In this document: positions 62,202 through 64,000 of the stretch, one piece after another
How the letters are laid out: the number at the start of each line of letters is the position of its first letter
How positions within the stretch are numbered: the first letter of the stretch is position 1
NCBI GenBank assembly: GCA_963847155.1
Contig: CAWJZH010000044.1
Span: 377,305-441,304, forward strand
Source of the DNA: an uncultured Acidobacteriaceae bacterium
GTDB lineage: Bacteria > Acidobacteriota > Terriglobia > Terriglobales > Acidobacteriaceae
Reading direction: 5' to 3'
DNA length: 64,000 nucleotides
Translations under genes and position numbers: made by a program
Notes under the pieces: generated by a model
Told to the model about the DNA's origin: nothing
What the model saw: the letters and a program-made list of their open reading frames with translations, nothing else
The model's database searches: none

Positions 62202-62645
62202 ATGGCCCGCACGCATCTCTTGTTGGTTCTCGCCCTGACGCTTTCCAATCCGTCGTGGGGACAAACAGCATCCGAGACCGCCATCCATCACTTGTTGGAC
62301 CAACAAGCCGCCGACTGGAACCGGGGCGATGTGGACGCCTTCATGAAAGCCTACGAAGACGCACCAACCACCACCTTCGTGGGCAAAACCGTGGAGTACG
62401 GCTACGCCACCATCCGTGAGCGCTATAAAAGGATTTATCCAACGCCTGCGGGAATGGGCAAATTAACCTTCACCAATCTAGCCATCAGGGAACTGGCCCC
62501 CACCTACGCCGTCGCCACGGGAAATTTCCATCTGGAGCGAACCGCCGCAGGCGGAGGAAATGCGGATGGAATTTTCTCCCTCGTGTTGAAGAAGGATCCG
62601 CAAGGCTGGAAGATCATCCTGGACCACAGTAACCGGACCAACTGA
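62202..62645 (+). CDS. secreted SnoaL-like/DUF4440 (NTF2-fold) protein
   Basis: Signal peptide 'MARTHLLLVLALTLSNPSWG'. 'LLDQQAADWNRGDVDAFMKAY...GWKIILDHS', typical of DUF4440. Confidence 0.65.
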   Translation: MARTHLLLVLALTLSNPSWGQTASETAIHHLLDQQAADWNRGDVDAFMKAYEDAPTTTFVGKTVEYGYATIRERYKRIYPTPAGMGKLTFTNLAIRELAPTYAVATGNFHLERTAAGGGNADGIFSLVLKKDPQGWKIILDHSNRTN

Positions 62646-62765
62646 AACCAGTGCATAGCCATTTCAGCCGAGTCGTGCGGATACATGCCAACGGTACGCA
62701 CGATCGCCGGCAGCGACGGCCGTAATGTTTTGCATCAGGGCACGACTTCAGTCGAGTCGCAAAGA

Positions 62766-63231
62766 ACGGGCTTTACAGGCTGCGGAAAAACTCATTTGTT
62801 TGAAGGGTGTGGGCAACCGCCCTTTCCTCCAGCAACCGCCCTTTCCTTGCCGCGGTCCTCCCCTTTTTGTCATCCCGAGCGCAGCCGAGCGGATCTGCGG
62901 TGCGCCATTCGTGTGCCCCGCTTCTAACGGTCTACAACCTCCAGGAATCCACCGAACCCTCCTGGAAAACATCAACCTGCCCTTTGTTATTCCAGGTTTC
63001 CAGGAGTAGTCCGTAGAACACGCATCTGTGTCCAGCGCAGCGTGGCAGGAAATGCGGGTCGGGTTAACCAAAAGGAGAGGATCGTTACAAGGAACGGGCC
63101 GTTCCTGAACCGAGGCATTTTACAAATCTAATATGGACACGCCTGGCTGAACTCAGCCCAGGACGCAGTCCTGGGTACCACACACAACCTGATTAAGTCC
63201 CGCAGGGACGGCTGAAGGCGGTTCAGGGATT
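62766..63231. repeat. intergenic repeat cluster (partial copy C of the ~110-nt repeat, 15-nt direct repeat, several GC hairpins)
   Basis: 62766-62814 aligns with copies A and B. 'caaccgccctttcct' occurs twice (62814-28, 62833-47). 'gtcatcccgagcgcagccgagcggatctg' at about 62869-62898. Hairpins cccaggacGCAgtcctggg (63157-75) and gtcccGCAgggac (63197-209). Confidence 0.7.
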
Positions 63232-63282
63232 GCATCGCGGCCTAGTTCCAGTGGTCCCTGCGTGACTCGATTTGGACCCTGC

Positions 63283-63870
63283 TCAGATCTGCAGCACTTC
63301 CCTTTCCTTATTACGGCACATCTCTTCCATGCGCCGGATCTCATCGTCGGTGAGCTTCTGTATTTCCTCAAGCGATCTCTTCTCCTCATCCTCTGAGATC
63401 TTCTTGTCCTTGGCCGACTTTTTGATCAGATCATTGCCATCACGACGAATATTGCGGACCGCCGTGCGATGGTCTTCCAGCGTCTTATTGAGGTGCTTGA
63501 CCACTTCCTTGCGCCGCTCTTCTGTCATGGGCGGAATGGGAATACGGATAATCTTGCCGTCATTCTGCGGATTGAATCCCAAATCGGACGCTCGCAACGC
63601 TTTCTCAATATCGCTGATTATGCTGGGATCCCAAGGCTGAATCAGAATCAGGTTGGCATCCGGAGCGGTCACCTGCGCCACCTGGTTGAGGGGCGTGTCG
63701 CTGCCATAATAAGGCACCTTAACCTGGTCGAGCATGTGCACGGAGGCACGGCCCGTGCGTGTGGATGCAAGCGTGGCGCGGAAATCGTCGACCGCCTTTT
63801 CCATCCGCGTCTTGAGCTGTTGCTGGGTGTCTTTGAGGGCGGGAATACTGCCCATTACTGAGACTGCCAT
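63283..63870 (-). CDS. frr: ribosome recycling factor
   Basis: 195 aa. SD GGGGGAG 7 nt upstream of the ATG at 63870. 'RTGRASVHMLDQVKVPYYGSDTPLNQVAQV...IRIPIPPMTEERRKE'. Confidence 0.95.
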   Translation of the reverse strand: MAVSVMGSIPALKDTQQQLKTRMEKAVDDFRATLASTRTGRASVHMLDQVKVPYYGSDTPLNQVAQVTAPDANLILIQPWDPSIISDIEKALRASDLGFNPQNDGKIIRIPIPPMTEERRKEVVKHLNKTLEDHRTAVRNIRRDGNDLIKKSAKDKKISEDEEKRSLEEIQKLTDDEIRRMEEMCRNKEREVLQI

Positions 63871-63888
63871 GTTCTTACTCCCCCGAAA

Positions 63889-64000
63889 TTAGATGGCCAT
63901 CGCCTGTTCGCGCGCGTGATACGAGGAGCGCACCAGCGGCCCCGACTCCACGTGGCGGAAGCCCATACCAAGAGCCTCTTCGCGCATATAGGCGAACTCC
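63889..64000 (-). CDS. lipA: lipoyl synthase, 3' end (partial, runs off window end)
   Basis: The reverse strand reads '...[36 protein letters not shown]'. '[11 protein letters not shown]' is the conserved LipA C-terminal motif. Stop at 63889-63891. Confidence 0.8.
   Translation of the reverse strand, partial: EFAYMREEALGMGFRHVESGPLVRSSYHAREQAMAI

Overview
GC-rich (~58% by eye, not computed) bacterial chromosome segment. Gene content suggests Acidobacteriota (Terriglobia-like): LpxI, FG-GAP/Ig 'CSFSP' surface proteins, large SLBB-type polysaccharide exporters, dispersed GC-hairpin repeats. This placement is an inference.

Layout:
- 0.3-5.0 kb: SCO1 plus a caa3-type cytochrome c oxidase operon (coxB-coxA-coxC-subunit IV).
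- 5.1-6.6 kb: class II photolyase.
- 6.6-27.4 kb: a large surface-glycan/EPS super-locus. It holds a UDP-sugar epimerase and dehydrogenase, a beta-helix protein and two tandem FG-GAP/Ig surface-protein paralogues. Divergently transcribed from these are a Wza/KpsD-like exporter, a kinase-less PCP, FkbM and TylF methyltransferases, a Wzy-like membrane protein, one GT2, two GT4 and a small phosphoglycosyl transferase.
- 27.4-35.5 kb: gatC and gatA are separated by a ~7.8 kb compositionally mosaic glycosylation island (polyprenyl-phosphate-type GT2, YfhO-like GT-C membrane protein, GT2, methyltransferase, Wzx-like flippase).
- 35.5-43.4 kb: gatA, an FmdE-like protein, a hypothetical protein, and a second cluster with three GT2 genes and a secreted propeller-like protein.
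- 43.5-64 kb: housekeeping genes (tyrS, class V aminotransferase, yjbR-like, fabZ-lpxA-lpxI, bcp, histone-H1-like protein, LysM lytic transglycosylase, lepA, skp, bamA, molybdopterin oxidoreductase, frr, lipA 3' end).

I recognised no rRNA, tRNA, CRISPR array, transposase, integrase or known defence gene.

Major caveat: at least ~45 apparent frameshifts (estimated from ORF fragmentation) cluster in two blocks, 7.9-12.1 kb and 27.5-44.4 kb. They hit essential genes (coxA, gatC, gatA, tyrS), often at short G/C runs. Many 'pseudogenes' may therefore be sequence-quality artefacts.

Best candidates for something new:
1. The GT2 + YfhO-like extracytoplasmic glycosylation module wedged between gatC and gatA.
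2. The FG-GAP/Ig surface proteins, whose last Ig domain is split by a transmembrane hairpin (a PEP-CTERM-like segment followed by a lipobox-like segment), sitting next to the exporter genes.
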